A stretch of 64,000 bases of DNA. Origin: Camelus ferus (taxonomy: Eukaryota). The translations under genes were made by a program, and so were the position numbers. The stretch covers positions 65,288,001 to 65,352,000 of the forward strand of contig NC_045696.1 in NCBI RefSeq assembly GCF_009834535.1, read 5' to 3'. This document shows, one piece after another, positions 51,078-64,000 of the stretch (position 1 is the first letter of the stretch; each line of letters opens with the position of its first letter). Under the pieces are notes generated by a model. That model was not told the origin of the DNA. It saw only the letters and a list, made by a program, of their open reading frames with translations, and made no database searches.

Positions 51078-53146
51078 GGTATACATATTTTTAATTTTAG
51101 TAAATACTGCCAAACAGCTTTTTTTGAGGAGTTTTACAAATTTACACTTAAACCAGCAATCGAACACAGTCCTGTTTGTGCTAGCACTTTTTATATTTTC
51201 TGACTTTTTCATCAGAGCCATTTTAATGGTACCTTCCTGTGGTTTTAATTTTCATTTCCCTGAAGACTTCAGAGTTGACCTATTTAGCTATCCTGTTTTG
51301 TAAAGTGCCTATTCCAAAAATTGGCCTCATTTATTTCTGCTTTGTTTTGTTTTTGCCTATTTTTACTGGGTTATTTATCCTTTCTTTACTGATTAGTTCG
51401 AATTCTTTGTACATTCTGACTATGGGTTTTTTTTGTTGAATATATGTATTAAAAATATATTCTTCTAGTCTCTGTGTAGCCCTTTACTCTCAGAGCAAAT
51501 TTAATAAAATTCAATTTATTGATCTTTTCTTGAAGGTTTATTTCTTTTTGTGTTTTATTTAGAAAAAATCTGTTCATCCCAAGAGCATTAAAGATACTCT
51601 TCTTAATTTCTTTAAGAGTTACTTTAAGGTCCAGAATATGGTTTGTTTTAACAAATGGCTTACATGTATTTGAAAACAATTGTATTCTGTGGTTGGTGGA
51701 TGAATTTTACCACACACATCAAATAAGTCAAATTAGTTAATTGTATTTGTCAAGTATTTCTATATCCTCGTTCAGTTTTGTCACTTGATCTGTAAATTAT
51801 GCAGTTTCATTAAAATCTCCAACTATTCTGAGAAGCATGTGAAAAATCTCTGTGATTGTTGAGTAGTCCATCTCTCCTTTTAGTTCTGTCAAAATTTGCT
51901 TTTAGTTCTGTTCAAAACATTTTGAAGCTGTTGTTCAGTACACAAAAATTTAGAATTATATCTTCCTTTTGAACTGACCTTTTATCTCCATGAAATATCC
52001 CTCTTTATATTTTATAATATTTATTTCCTTAAATTTTCTCTGCTTTTAATGTAGCTGTACTGGCTTTACTTCAGCTGGCATACTTTTTCCATTTTTTACT
52101 GACAACTTTTCTGTTCTTACATTTGAAGTATGTCTCTTAAAGACAGCATATAGTTTTCTTTTAAACATCTGTAGCATTTGATATTCTTTATTTTTTATTT
52201 CAAGTGTATAAATGATTTCAAATTAATGTAATTACCAGCATAGCTGGATTTAAGATCATCATCTAGCTATCTGTTCTTTATTCCATCATTCCTCCTTTTT
52301 CATATTTTGAATTAATAAACCATTTTTACTAATCCATTCTGAATTTGCTTTTAAATTATACTAACTTTTATTATTCCCTTAGGGGCTACCTTAGAAATTG
52401 CTATATACATCCTTCATTATTACTGTCAGCTTTAAATTTGTACTTGTTCATTTCCTCATCATAAGAAGATTACTATATTTTCACTCTTTTTATCACCTTT
52501 GTGAACTTTGTGTTCTTGTTTTCATATATTTTGCTTGTATGTTTGTTCAAAATCCTACATATCACTATTATTATTACACTATTATTGTAAATAAGTAATA
52601 TTTATTTTTATATTCCCATGTGTTTAACCTTCAGTCTTTTCCTCAGCTCCATGGTTCAATCTGAAATTATTTTTTTTCAGGACCCTTTTAATATGTCTTG
52701 TAGTGTAAATCTGTTGGTGACCAAGTTTTGTGTGTGTGGGTGTGGGTGTGGGTGTGTGTTGGGGGGGTGTATACGTGTGCAAAAGTATTTTTATTTTGCT
52801 TTCAATTTTGAAAATATTTTGATAGTATAAAATTCTAGGTTAGCATATTTTTGGTACTTTTAAGAAGTCAATTTTCTTCTGGTTTCTGTTAAATAGTCAG
52901 TCATAAGAGTTAGTATTTTTTCTCTCTTTTTTTTTCTCCTGGAATATTAACATTTTATTTTTGTTTCTAATTTTCTGATGTATCTAGGTGTGGTTTTTCA
53001 TTTGAATTTATGCTGCCTGGGGTTTCTGGTCTTCTTGAATCTGTGGGCTAATGCATTTCATCAGATTTTGAAAATTGTTGACTATTACTTTTTCAAATAT
53101 TCCTGTCCTATTCTCTCTCTCTTTCATCTCCTCCTGGGATTCCAAT

Positions 53147-53270
53147 TATATATATAGTATATATATATATATATATAGGCATGCTTTTAAGTGTCACATA
53201 TATATATGCATGCTTTAATAAAAGCATAAATAATTGATATATATATGCATGCTTTGAAGTGTCACATATA
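53147..53270. repeat. (TA)n with interspersed 24-bp duplication
   Basis: gcatgcttt(t/g)aagtgtcacatata at 53179-53202 and 53247-53270, partial copy at 53208-53216. Confidence 0.9.
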
Positions 53271-55137
53271 AGTTTTGCACTCTGTTTTCATTTCTCCTTT
53301 GAGCTTTCATTTACCTGTCTTCAAGTTTATTAGTCCTACCATGTTGTTTCCACCCACGTGAATTCTTTCAGTCTACTTTTTTCAAATATCAAGCAATTTT
53401 AAAAGTTAATCTAGACAGTGCATAATATGTTTTAGAAGCTCTAAGTTATGTGACCTACCTTTTAAATATGTGAGGTTTTGTTGTAGAAAACAGATCATTC
53501 ATATATTCATCGAGTTACCAATTTTTAGATTTTGTATTTTTCTATTCTAAAATGCACATTGGTTGCATTTTATATATTCCAACTCTCTTTTAATTTTTTT
53601 TTACCATTTAATCCATCTTTCCTCTTTTTTATGAAACAGCAATCATTTAAAAGTCCTTTTGTTTTCCTGAAAAGATTATGTAAAATTAGTATTATTTCTT
53701 CATTAATTATTTGATATTATTTTGCCAGTGAAACTGTCTTGGCTTGGTGTTTTCTTTTGTAGATTATTTCAAACTATATATTCAATTTTAATAGGATAAT
53801 CCAGATTTCTTTTTGCATGAATATCATTATTTGTGACTTTGAAGGAATTGGTTAATTCCATATAAGATTTAGAATTTATGAGTAAAAGTTGTTTATATCA
53901 TTTCCTTATTTTCCTTTTAATATCAGTAGTGTTACCTCCTCATTCATTGTGATACTGATTATTTTCATCTATTTTTTCTTGGTCAACCTAGCTACAGTTT
54001 TATTACTTTTATTAATCATTTCAAAGATCTAGTTTTTGCTTTTTCATTTTAATTTCATTGATTTCTGCTGTAATACTTGTATTTTTCTCCCTTATGCTTC
54101 TGTCAGGTTTAATTTGCTCCTCTTTTGCTGGTTTCTTAAGACTGACTCTTAGATTACTGATTTTAGATATTTCTCCTTTTATATGTAAGTATTGAAAATT
54201 ATATTTTTTCCTTCAAGCACTGCTTTAGCTATATTCAAGGAATTTTGATTTGTTGTGTTGTTATTTTTATTTACTACAAACTATATTTTCTCTTAAGCTT
54301 CTTCTTTGATTAATGAGTTATTTATAAGTGTGCTGTTTAATCCAAATATTTGAGGATTTCCCAGTATCTTTATGTTATTGACTTCTAGTTTAGTTCCTTT
54401 ATGGCCCAACAACACACTTTACATGATTTCCATTCTTTTACATTTGCTAAGGTTTGTTTATATGGGCCGTCTTTGCGAACAGTCCACGTGCGTTTAAAGA
54501 GAATTCATATTTTACAAGTACTGTTGGAGTGTTCTGTATATGCCAATAAGATTCTGCTGATTGACCATATCATTCAGATCATCTATGTCCTTACTGAATT
54601 CTGTCTACTTGCTTTATCAATTATTCAGAGGATTTTTGAAGTATTCAACCAAAACTGTGGATTTGTATGTTTCTCCTTCCAGCTCACTTACTGTTTCATG
54701 CACATTGTAGCTCTGCTTTTTGGTGCATACACATTTACTTACCATTATTAACTTCTCTTGGACAATCAACCCCTTTATTATTTTATAATGTCCTCTCTTT
54801 TCCCTGATAATGTTTTTTGTTCTTCAGTCTACTTGTCTGAAACTGATGTAGCTACTTGGATTTCTTTTGATTAGTGTTTATAGGTCGTATCTTTCTTTAT
54901 CCTTTTATTTTTAAGCTATTTGTCTTTATATTTAAATTGTGCTTTCTGTAGACAGCATATAGTCAAATTTACTTTTAAATCTTTGCCTTGTTTATTTTGA
55001 GGCAATTTCCATTTAAAGTGATGTTGATATGTTTGGATTAAAAGCTTCCATCTTATAGTTGTTTTCCATTTGTGTCTCTGTTCCTTGTCTTCTTATTTTC
55101 TACCTGCTCTGGGTTTAATTGAACATTATTATGATTA

Positions 55138-55609
55138 CAGATCTCCCTCAGCTTAAGATGGAGCTACATCCTGATAAACCCATTGTAAGTTGAAAATATC
55201 TTTCAGAATTCATTTAATATACTTAACCTATGAACATCCAGCTTAGCCTAGCCTGCCTTAAACATGCTCAGAACACTTACACTAGGCTACAGTTGGGCAA
55301 AACCATCTAACATAAAGCTTCTTTTATAATAAAGTGCTGATATCTCATGTAATTTATTGAATACTGTACTGTAAGTCAAAAACAGAATGGTTGTATGGGC
55401 ATGGAATAGTTGGAAAAGTATTGTTTGTTTACCCTTGTGATTGCATAGCTTGCTGCCATTGTGAGAGAGTAAGGTATTACACATCACTAGCCCAGGAAAA
55501 AATCAAAATTCAAAATTCTAAGTATGGTTTTTACAAAATGCTGTCACTTTCGCACCATCATAATGTTGAAAACACATGAGTTGGGCCATTGTAAGTCAGG
55601 GACTGTCTG
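55138..55609 (+). mobile_element. MER47/Tigger5-derived TcMar MITE, full length
   Basis: 'cagatctccctcagcttaagatgg...gcttagcctagcctgccttaaacatgctcagaacacttac...ccattgtaagtcagggactgtctg' with imperfect TIRs and TA on both sides. Confidence 0.9.
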
Positions 55610-56039
55610 TAAATGTAAGCTTATCTATAGATATATTCATACATCATTTTAGAAGCTTCTTAGTGCTTGTCCTAGAATTTACAACAAATATTTTTACAAA
55701 TTTGAGCCTACCCTTAAATAGTATTACAGCATCACATACAGTGTAAGAGCCTTATAATATTATCATTTCAGTCCATCCCCCATCCCTTGTGCCTTTTTCA
55801 TTATACATCTCATTTTTACATATGCATAACACATAATACATTGTTACAATTTTTGTTTGAAACAATTATACTTGAGAGCACTTATAAATCAGCAATTTTT
55901 TTCTTCCATTGGTTCCATTTTAGATGGTCATAATTTCTTTGCAACAGGAAAAGAAATTCAAGATTTTTAGCTGCTAAGTCAAAGTCTACAAATAAAATTT
56001 CTTCCTTAGTCAGAACTGTCTCAGAAAGAGGCTCTTACA

Positions 56040-56580
56040 AGATGGTAGTTAAGGCAGTGGCTATTTTGAGAAACCACTATTGAAACTGTGAGTGTATGGG
56101 TTATGAAAGAACCAGTGTAAAATAAAATTGAAGAGATTATTTGGAGTCAGAATATAGAGAGTCATTAATATTTCAGACTGGAATTTTTTTCCAGTGTACA
56201 ATTGATAGATTTCCTGAACAATTATGTTTGGGGAAAATTTGTTTGATGATATTTTTAAGATGAATTAGAGGGTTGAGAATGACTTTTTGGAGAATAAAGT
56301 TATAGTGTCTACTCTAGGATGGTGGCAATAAAAATGGAAAAAAAACAGAGGAGTAATAAGAAAAAAAATTAATATACATTGTTAGCTAAAATTAAGGGGA
56401 GATATAGGAGATAGAGATAATTCAAAGTTTCATAATCAGAATGACAGAATAGAGTTTGAATTGGGAGTTCATTTAGGGGGAAAGACAATTAAATTGGTTT
56501 TAGATTTGACTAAAATGAATTTGAGATAACTAAAACTATTCAAAGAGGTAATGAAGGGAGAATGGGTAAGGGTTGAGAGG
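56040..56580 (-). mobile_element. LINE-2 fragments (very degenerate)
   Basis: 'actctaggatggtggcaataaaaatggaaa', 'gagataattcaaagtttc'. Confidence 0.45.
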
Positions 56581-57029
56581 CTGCAAAGTCAGAATATTTC
56601 AGAAAGTACAAAACAAAACTAAATTAAATTTAAAACTTCCATAAGATGGGTATTTCATAGATAAGCCTAAAAATTAAATCCTTTGTTAACTGATGTTGGT
56701 ACTGGGGTGAATGAAATTGATTTTTAAAATATCCCTGGGCCAGCTTGTGTCACAGAAGCAGACAAGGTAGATCTGGACAAAATTAATATATATGGGAGCC
56801 ATATTTGTCAAAAGACTGTTCTGGCTCCACTACTACTTACGGAAACTTCATGTAAATACCTGATGCGAAAAAAATCCAACCCATTCTTCAGGAGGAAAAA
56901 CCTGGCACGGTATCAATACAAAGACACCATAAGAAAATAAGAAGGAAAGAGCATACAACCAGAAAAAAGTGAAATTAAAAAGGAAGACTGTTAAATTGAA
57001 ATCACTATAAATTGAAGTAAAAAGAAGTA

Positions 57030-57800
57030 AATAAATAGATAAATATTAACAAAGCAATTACTGTACTATAACTGAAACAAGCAAAGTTAGAAAATCTGGC
57101 TAGTCATCTAATTTATTATATATTTCAAATCTCTCCCCAAAAGAAAATGTCAACCTCATATGGATTCATTGATGAGTTCTTCTGAATATTTAAGGAAGTA
57201 ATAATATAAATAATTTAAAAATCACTTCTAAAGAATAGAAAAAGACTGAACACACTTCCTATTTCATTTTATGAGGTCAGTATAACCTTGATACTAAACC
57301 CTGACAAGGGCTTTGCAAGGGGAAAAAAAAAAATAAACTTAGGCTAATTTCTCTTGAACATAAATACAAAAACAAATTAGTTGCAAAATAATATAAAATA
57401 GTATTCAGCAGTGTATACAAAAGTAATACATCACTACAAAATAATATTTAGTGCAAAGAATGCTAAATTATAAATATGAATCATTACATTTCCTTTCAAA
57501 ACACAGAAAATCATATGGCCATCTTAACAGATGATAAAAAGCTTGTGATAATAATAAAAAATGAGTTTTAGACAACTAGACATACAACTAGAGATACAGA
57601 GACTCTGTGGAGGCAGAAATCAGAAGTCAGTTGCTGTCTGAGGATGTAACTGGGAGGGAGCATAAGGTGGCTACTGGGATGCAAGCAATACTGTTTCCTG
57701 GTCTAGCTGGTGGTCACATGGGTCTGTTACTCTCATGAAAACTCATCAAATGATTTATGTATTTTTCTGCATTTGTGTTATATTCCAATAAAATATATCC
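57030..57800 (+). mobile_element. Ancient L1 ORF2 fragment plus L1ME-like 3' end
   Basis: 'tcattttatgaggtcagtataaccttgatactaaaccctgacaa', 'aaaatcatatggccatc', 'gtggtcacatgggtctgttactctcatgaaaactcatcaa'. Confidence 0.75.
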
Positions 57801-59154
57801 TTTACATATGATTTTTTAATGAAATTCATCTTTTCATCTCTCACAGCAATTCATAAAAAGTACTCTGAACATGTATTAAATAGATAAGTTCAGGAATATT
57901 TTAGTTTATATGAAAAACAAATGACACTTTCTATTCAATTTTTTTAAAAGTACTTTCAAATTAATATTATTTGTATATATATTCACAGATTATTTCTACC
58001 TGCTATTGAGAAGTATATAAATAGAATCATACAATTCATGCTCTGATACATCTGCCTTCCTTTATGCAATACAATGCCTATGACGTTAATCTGTGTTGTT
58101 GCTTTAGCAGAAGTTCATTTCTTTTATTCTTAAATGGTATTCTAATATTGAAGAACATTTAACTTTTTTTCCATTTCAGACTATTACTAATAGTGCTATT
58201 ATAAACAAAATTTAGCAATTTTAGTTTATAGTAAGAATTTTGCTACTTGTTATAAAAGTTTTAATTATACAGGTTATTTTAAAGTGGACAAACTAATAAG
58301 CCCATTTGCAGTTGAAAGACGGTAATTTTAGAATATCTGATTTTTAAAGATACTAACATCTTCCTGGGGATAATTCTATGATTGAAACTCAAACTGAAAT
58401 GGAATTTTCTAATTTTTTTTACTTATCTGATTAGCTTATGTCTTAATATGAGAGTGATTTACAAAGGTTAGTGAATTCTTAGATGTGACTCACAATTGTC
58501 TCCACTTCCACTTACCACTCACTAATTGGCATCCATGTCTGCCACATGTTACTTAAATCAGTGAAATTAGTGCCATTCTGTCCTTAAGATATTCTTCTCT
58601 TAATAAAAAGGGGGGAAAAAAACCCCCTCAGATTAGAATAACTCCCTGAAGCTCAAGGGAATATTTTTTCTCCAACAGTGTCTATCACTTCATCTCCTTT
58701 TATAAGAAACAATAATCTTGTGAATTTGAAATTAATGTGCTCAAATTATTCTACGTATGGGTAACATCTCTATTATAATACAAATTCAAATAATAAATGA
58801 AGATTGCATCAGTGTCATTAATCAGTTAATTTTTAATTATGTTTACTCCAATGCTAAAGAAAATTCCCTTAAGAGACCACTCCACTTTCCTTTATTCAAA
58901 AAGCTGTATTGCAGACTCATACAGCACTTATTAACTGGCATGTACAATTTGCTTTTAATTATATAAACAATGAAATCCCATACATTCCAGAATTATGTGT
59001 CCATAATCTGCAATCATCCAGGATGACTGCATTCTCAGGATTTACTGAAGGAGACATCTGTCCAGAGGTCTACTTGGAAAGTTTGAAATTGGAATTTGTC
59101 ACATCAACAGAAAGTAGTACTTTGATTCACTAAACAGAAAAGTGAGTGAAACTC

Positions 59155-59745
59155 ATTGATTAACCATTACCCAATCATACAATACATGTTTATGACTGCA
59201 TTTTATGAATCAGACTCTGCGTGGAAATTAAAAATGGAGTAAAGTCAGTGTCCAGTAGCTAAGCAAAATATAGGGGACAAACAGAAACAAACACATACAC
59301 AAGTGCATTAAACAAAGATCACCAATGGTACGTGCAACAGAATTCCCTGGAGACACAAAGGACTAAGTGAGATATTGTGTCTGAAAGATATAGGAAAGCT
59401 GAACAAAAGAGGGTGAGTATGAGTTTTCCACAGGGTAGGAGAAAATATCTTAGGAGTAGTAAAAAACAATTGCGAAGAGTGGATGCTTAAATAATCATGA
59501 CATAATGAGTCACCTGCTAGCAATTCAGTATTCCAAGGCAGTAGTCTCTGAGGATCAGCTTTGACAGAGGAATAGATAAGACTGCTATGCCATCAAAGAC
59601 TTTATATACCTCACACTGGGAAGCCTGGATTGTATCCCCTAAGAAACAATGAACCATTGAAGGCTTTGAGGAAGGCAGAAATCATAATTACATTTTCAAA
59701 GATCCTCTTCTAGCTTGGTTGTCCACCAAAGCAGAGACTGAGAGA
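59155..59745 (-). mobile_element. LINE-2 fragment
   Basis: 'gggaagcctggattgtatcccctaagaaacaatgaaccattgaaggctttgag', 'ttttcaaagatcctcttctagct'. Confidence 0.7.
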
Positions 59746-59747
59746 AC

Positions 59748-60170
59748 TTGTGATGGATTATTTATTTTCAAAATTGTCCCAGAGAACCAGAGTGGGATTC
59801 CTAGGGAAGTAGGGCAGGAAATGAAAAAAAAAAAAAAAAAAAGGAAATAAAGATTTAGTGTTAAGATCACTATTCTGGGCAACGGGGGTTTGTGTCTCCA
59901 TAGACCTTTTGAAGGAAGTACAAATGTATCCCAGAATTGTCTGCCTGAATGCCAAATGATACGAGGTAGGAGTACTTATTCCTTGACTCCTATCCACAAT
60001 GGGCCAAGGGATGCCCTGGGCAGTTTTAAGTCTCCCCACTTCAGTGCTCCACTTTCACTCCCAGGATGAGCTCCAAGAGATGGCTGAAGGGCAGAAAGTA
60101 AAGATGCACTTGTGGAATACTGCCAGGACAGAATTGCTTTCCAGAGGATGAGAATAGGACCACCGAAAGC
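59748..60170 (-). mobile_element. ERVL LTR33-like element (contains A19 run)
   Basis: 'tgggcaacggggg', 'atcccagaattgtctgcc', 'tattccttgactcctatccacaatggg...gggatgccctggg'. Confidence 0.65.
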
Positions 60171-60261
60171 TTCTAATACAGGTCTCGGAGGACAGATTAT
60201 TTGATGGCTAAACAGCAAAGCATAGTATTTGGGATAGAAATGTCAGAGAACATCAGAACTT

Positions 60262-60311
60262 AAAAAAAAAAAAAACAAAGAAAAACACAAACAAAAAACA
60301 CAAACAAAAAC
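60262..60311 (+). repeat. A-rich simple repeat
   Basis: A14 followed by (A)nC units. Confidence 0.9.
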
Positions 60312-62632
60312 TTGTTAAAGAAATGAACAATGAGTCAAGTGTGTTAAGTTTTAGTTCCCTCTTTCTTATTCCTTCACTATTCTTTTTTTAATTTAGCTTC
60401 TGTGCATCTTATATATGGAAGAATTTGGAAAAACAAGACAAATTGTGCTGTGTCGGAATAGAACACTCGTTCTCATAAGCTTCCTCTTTAGACAATGGAG
60501 GCTGTTGAATAATATCATATCCTACACTGAATCAAAAATCAGAACTGGCTCTCTAATACCTACAATTTAAAGATTTCTCTAGTAGAATGTGAAAATTCTC
60601 CATGACTCAGCTTTTAACTATTTTCCACTATTTAAAAAAATTCTTTATGACATGTACTGCCTACTTTATAGACAGTTGTGTTAGAAATTAGATTGTTGAG
60701 TGTATTATTTGGGCTTAATGTGAGAAGCACAGTCTATGACAGTCCCTGCAAGAGCTCACATGCAGTTCTGAACAATAGTAGTGATTACTGTGGATTCCAT
60801 CAGTTCTATATCAAGTTGGTCTTGATTGGGCCATCATATGTCCTTCTTCACATATTCTGAATCCTCATAGATCACATGCATTATCACTACTTTCATGCCT
60901 AGCATGCACCATCACCACAAACTTAATTGTCCTTTTCTAGGATTTCAACGTCACTGATCCTTAAGAGAGTAAGACAGAGTTCAATCTACCATTCTCTGTC
61001 CCTCTCAGCATAAAACATTATATCCAGAATCTGTAAATTGAGTCTCTTTTTTCTAGTGTCTTTCATCCTTTCTGACATTTGTAGTATCTTCTGACAGATA
61101 CATGTCTGCTGACATCTCTTATTTCTGACATACACATATCATCTTTATGTTAAGAAAAATATGCAAATCGATTTATCAGTTCTAGGCTGTGTCTTATTAT
61201 TTCTACTCTCCCAAATTGCAGGATTGGCTATATCACCTATTAATATGCTTGAACAAATGGATAAATGGAGGAGGGTACTATAACCTCCCCACATATATTT
61301 CAACTTTGAAAAAAAAAATCACTATTGCAGTTGCAGTTGCAATTGCAAATGCAACTATTAGGCCCAATGCAACATTTTTCTATCCCTGTTCATCATCATG
61401 ACCAAAAATCCCTACATTTTTTGAACTTATACTATATGCCTATATAAACAGGAGAAAATTAAAAGAAATAAATCAAACAAGGTCCTGTCCTCAATTTGCT
61501 CAGAGCGCAGCAAAATAAACAGAATATGTGAAGGGACATATGACAGCCAATTCAAGACCAACTTGATGTAGAATTAATGGAATAGACAATAATCACTACT
61601 ATTGTTCAGAACTGGATGTGAGCTCCAGCAAGGACTTTCATAGACAATGCTTCTCAAATTAAACCCAAATAATACACTCAACAATCAAACTTCTAATGCA
61701 ACTACACATAATAATGATTTAATGTCATTTTTGATTACTAAGGGTTAAGCCAGGCAGTTATTACTAAACACTTAAAATTAGGAAATGAAAGCTTAAAATG
61801 TTTTCTTGATTTGCCAAAGCCCACTATGACATGAGGTGTTAGAGACAGATTTTAGGTCTGTTGACTCCTGCCATAGGACTTTTTGATATACTTTCAGTGG
61901 CTTGTTTCTTCTTTTCTGGATGTTTTAACTTCTTTATTTAAAAGCTATCACTCATTGTTCTTACAATGTAAGTAATAAATGATTGGTTAATATTGTTTGA
62001 GGTGAACATAATCACTTGGTGGATTTAATCATTTAATGTCTAAAATGCAGAAACATTTAGAAAAAGACATATTCACTGCACACACAGGTATGCAGCTGAT
62101 CTGGGATTCCAAGTGTCCAGTGTTCTTCCCACTACACCACAACTGCAGAGAGTTTCATCAGCCTGTACATCTGTGAATAACATAACTCTACCTCAAACTG
62201 TTGTTGAAATGGTGTCTGATTAATTAGGCAGTTGTAAACACTTGGGAAAAAATGAAGTGAGTGGCACAGTCACAATTACTAATCCTAACAAAGATATTCT
62301 CCCATAATGCCTTTCTGGTTCTTCGCTATTAATGTTAATAAATTCTGAATTTTTCATGTTCTACAAACATCATTTCTTTATTTGCATTGTCACAGAGATG
62401 GTAACTCCAGGGCATATGTTGTTAACAATGGTTTTGGTTTTCTGGGTCTAATTCTGAGTTGAAGTTTCATCTTCTAAAAAGATCAAAAGTAGATTGAAGG
62501 ATCTTTAATATATATTTTTAGCCCTAATTTTCTCAATTTACATTCTTTCTTAATCTCTTCTCCCTACCCGCTCTCATTCCATTACCATTTTCCCCTTGAC
62601 AATTCCCTATTCCCTTTTACTGATATTTAGAA

Positions 62633-63115
62633 TGTTAAAGCAAGAAATAGTCAATAGCACTTTTTAAAGATGGTAAGACAGAATTCTTCATTCAGGACCA
62701 TCATGATAGGTACAGGAACCACTGCAATGGAACTTTACTCAGGGGGAGAGATTGGACTCAACTCCAAATACAACATGGGCAAGGGGCAATTTGTTACCAA
62801 GGAGCAGGTTAGGGGTCAGTGGTTGGAAAATTACTAAGAGGACACATCAGGGGAAGCAAGATTCTATCGAAACTGACCTAACAGAATTCTTCACAAAAGA
62901 CAGGTCAGGGTGATTAGACATCACTAGGAGATGGTAGAGGATGAGAAATCCCATCAGATACTATAAGTGATCAGATATTGAAAACGGAGGGTTTTGATTA
63001 AATTTACCTAGCAGGGTTCTTGCTAAAACTGTATTTTATGAGTAATTGCACAGATGGGTCTAGGTGAAGGTTAAGGAGATTAACTAAAGTTCTGTCAAGG
63101 AAAGAATCTTTGTCA
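62633..63115 (-). mobile_element. MER31A-like ERV1 solo LTR
   Basis: Reverse complement starts 'tgacaaagattct..ttgacagaactttagt', contains 'ttttagcaagaaccctgct'; TG...CA ends; 4-bp TSD agaa/agag. Confidence 0.88.
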
Positions 63116-63310
63116 AGAGGAAATGGAGTATCTTTTTGTTGTCAAACATGAATTATTGTTTTTATTCTAAATTCCATTTCCTCTTGCTTCTTAAATATTC
63201 AGGTTCCGCCACTTCCTCTTCTTTTGAGTCTTCAACTATTTCCAACTTTCTAGTTATTTTTCTAAACTCGTATTCAATATGTAACTTTATAATGGTGACA
63301 TTTGGAAATA

Positions 63311-63686
63311 ATTTTTTAATTTTTTTAATTTTTATACAATTTTAAAGGTTACTTTCCATTTATAATTATTACAAAATATTGGCTATATTGTCTGTGTTGT
63401 GCAATACATCCTTGAGCCTATCTCACACCCAATGGTTTGTACCCCTCACTCTCCCGTCCCTATGTTGCTCTTCCCCCACCTCCCCACTGGTAACCACTAG
63501 TTTGTTCTCTATATCTGTGAGTCTGCTTCTTTTATGTTATATTCACTAGTTTGTTGTATTTTTTAGATTCCACATATAAGTGATATCATGTAGTATTTTT
63601 TTCTGTCTGACTTATTTCACTTAGCATAATGCCCATGTTGTTGCAAGTGCCAGATTTCATTCATTTTTATGGCTGAGTAGAATTCC

Positions 63687-63734
<48 letters not shown>

Positions 63735-63832
63735 CCATAAATTCCTTATCCATTCATCTGCTGATGGACGCATAGGTTGTTTCCTTGTCTTGGAAATTGT
63801 AAATAATGTTGCTATGAACATTGTGGTGCATC
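63311..63832 (-). mobile_element. Cetartiodactyl LINE-1 (L1_Art-like) 3' end
   Basis: 'ccccactggtaaccactagtttgttctctatatctgtgagtctg', 'tttagattccacatataagtgatatcat'. Confidence 0.9.
63689..63730 (+). repeat. (TG)21 microsatellite within L1 3' UTR
   Basis: Read directly. Confidence 0.97.
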
Positions 63833-64000
63833 TAGTCCTTTTTAATTTGCAAATATGGTCACAATTCTACCACTCTAAAAAAACTCCTCCAGGAAAACTC
63901 TTTCCTGTTATTTACCAGTGCTGGATGGATCTAGATTTTGTGAGTTTTGAAACTTATTACAGTATGTGCCTCTTTAACGGAAAAAAACCCCAGGAAATTA

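Larger units (their letters stand above)
50440..55960 (-). mobile_element. Composite block of old LINE-1 fragments (L1ME/L1M4-like) interrupted by younger elements
   Basis: T-rich antisense L1: 'gtctggcttctttcactca', 'ggttttaattttcatttccctga', 'agcactgctttagctatattc', 'tttctgtagacagcatatag'. Confidence 0.8.

Noticed and set aside
1..64000. CRISPR arrays, operons, tRNA/rRNA genes, hammerhead ribozymes, NUMTs, CpG islands
   Set aside because: Mammalian repeat-rich DNA; no repeat-spacer arrays, the CTGATGA hits I checked lack a stem-II/GAAA core, and none of the other signatures were seen by eye

Overview
AT-rich, CpG-depleted mammalian nuclear DNA. It is most likely camelid, judged from two young LINE-1 3' ends I recognise as camelid-type, older cetartiodactyl L1/LTR families, and no obvious Alu, Bov-A/tA, PRE-1 or Can-SINE. 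I recognise no protein-coding exon, RNA gene, CpG island or prokaryotic system. The ORFs with recognisable homology are decayed L1 ORF2 fragments; the rest look like chance ORFs. The window is intergenic or deep-intronic, and a large part is interspersed repeat (L1, L2, MIR, MaLR/ERVL/ERV1 LTRs, hAT and Tigger MITEs). The best-supported oddities are: a triple-nested insertion (LTR inside LTR inside MER5A, near-perfect 4-bp TSDs); an internally collapsed L1 carrying an LTR fragment with tandem AP-1 sites; and a young L1 with a 15-bp TSD. More speculative are a ~100-nt multi-hairpin at 868-983, motif-rich repeat-free blocks and a few candidate non-coding or micro exons. I did not find convincing evidence of a novel biological system. 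Repeat family names come from recalled consensus sequences, not a search, and boundaries of old repeats are approximate.
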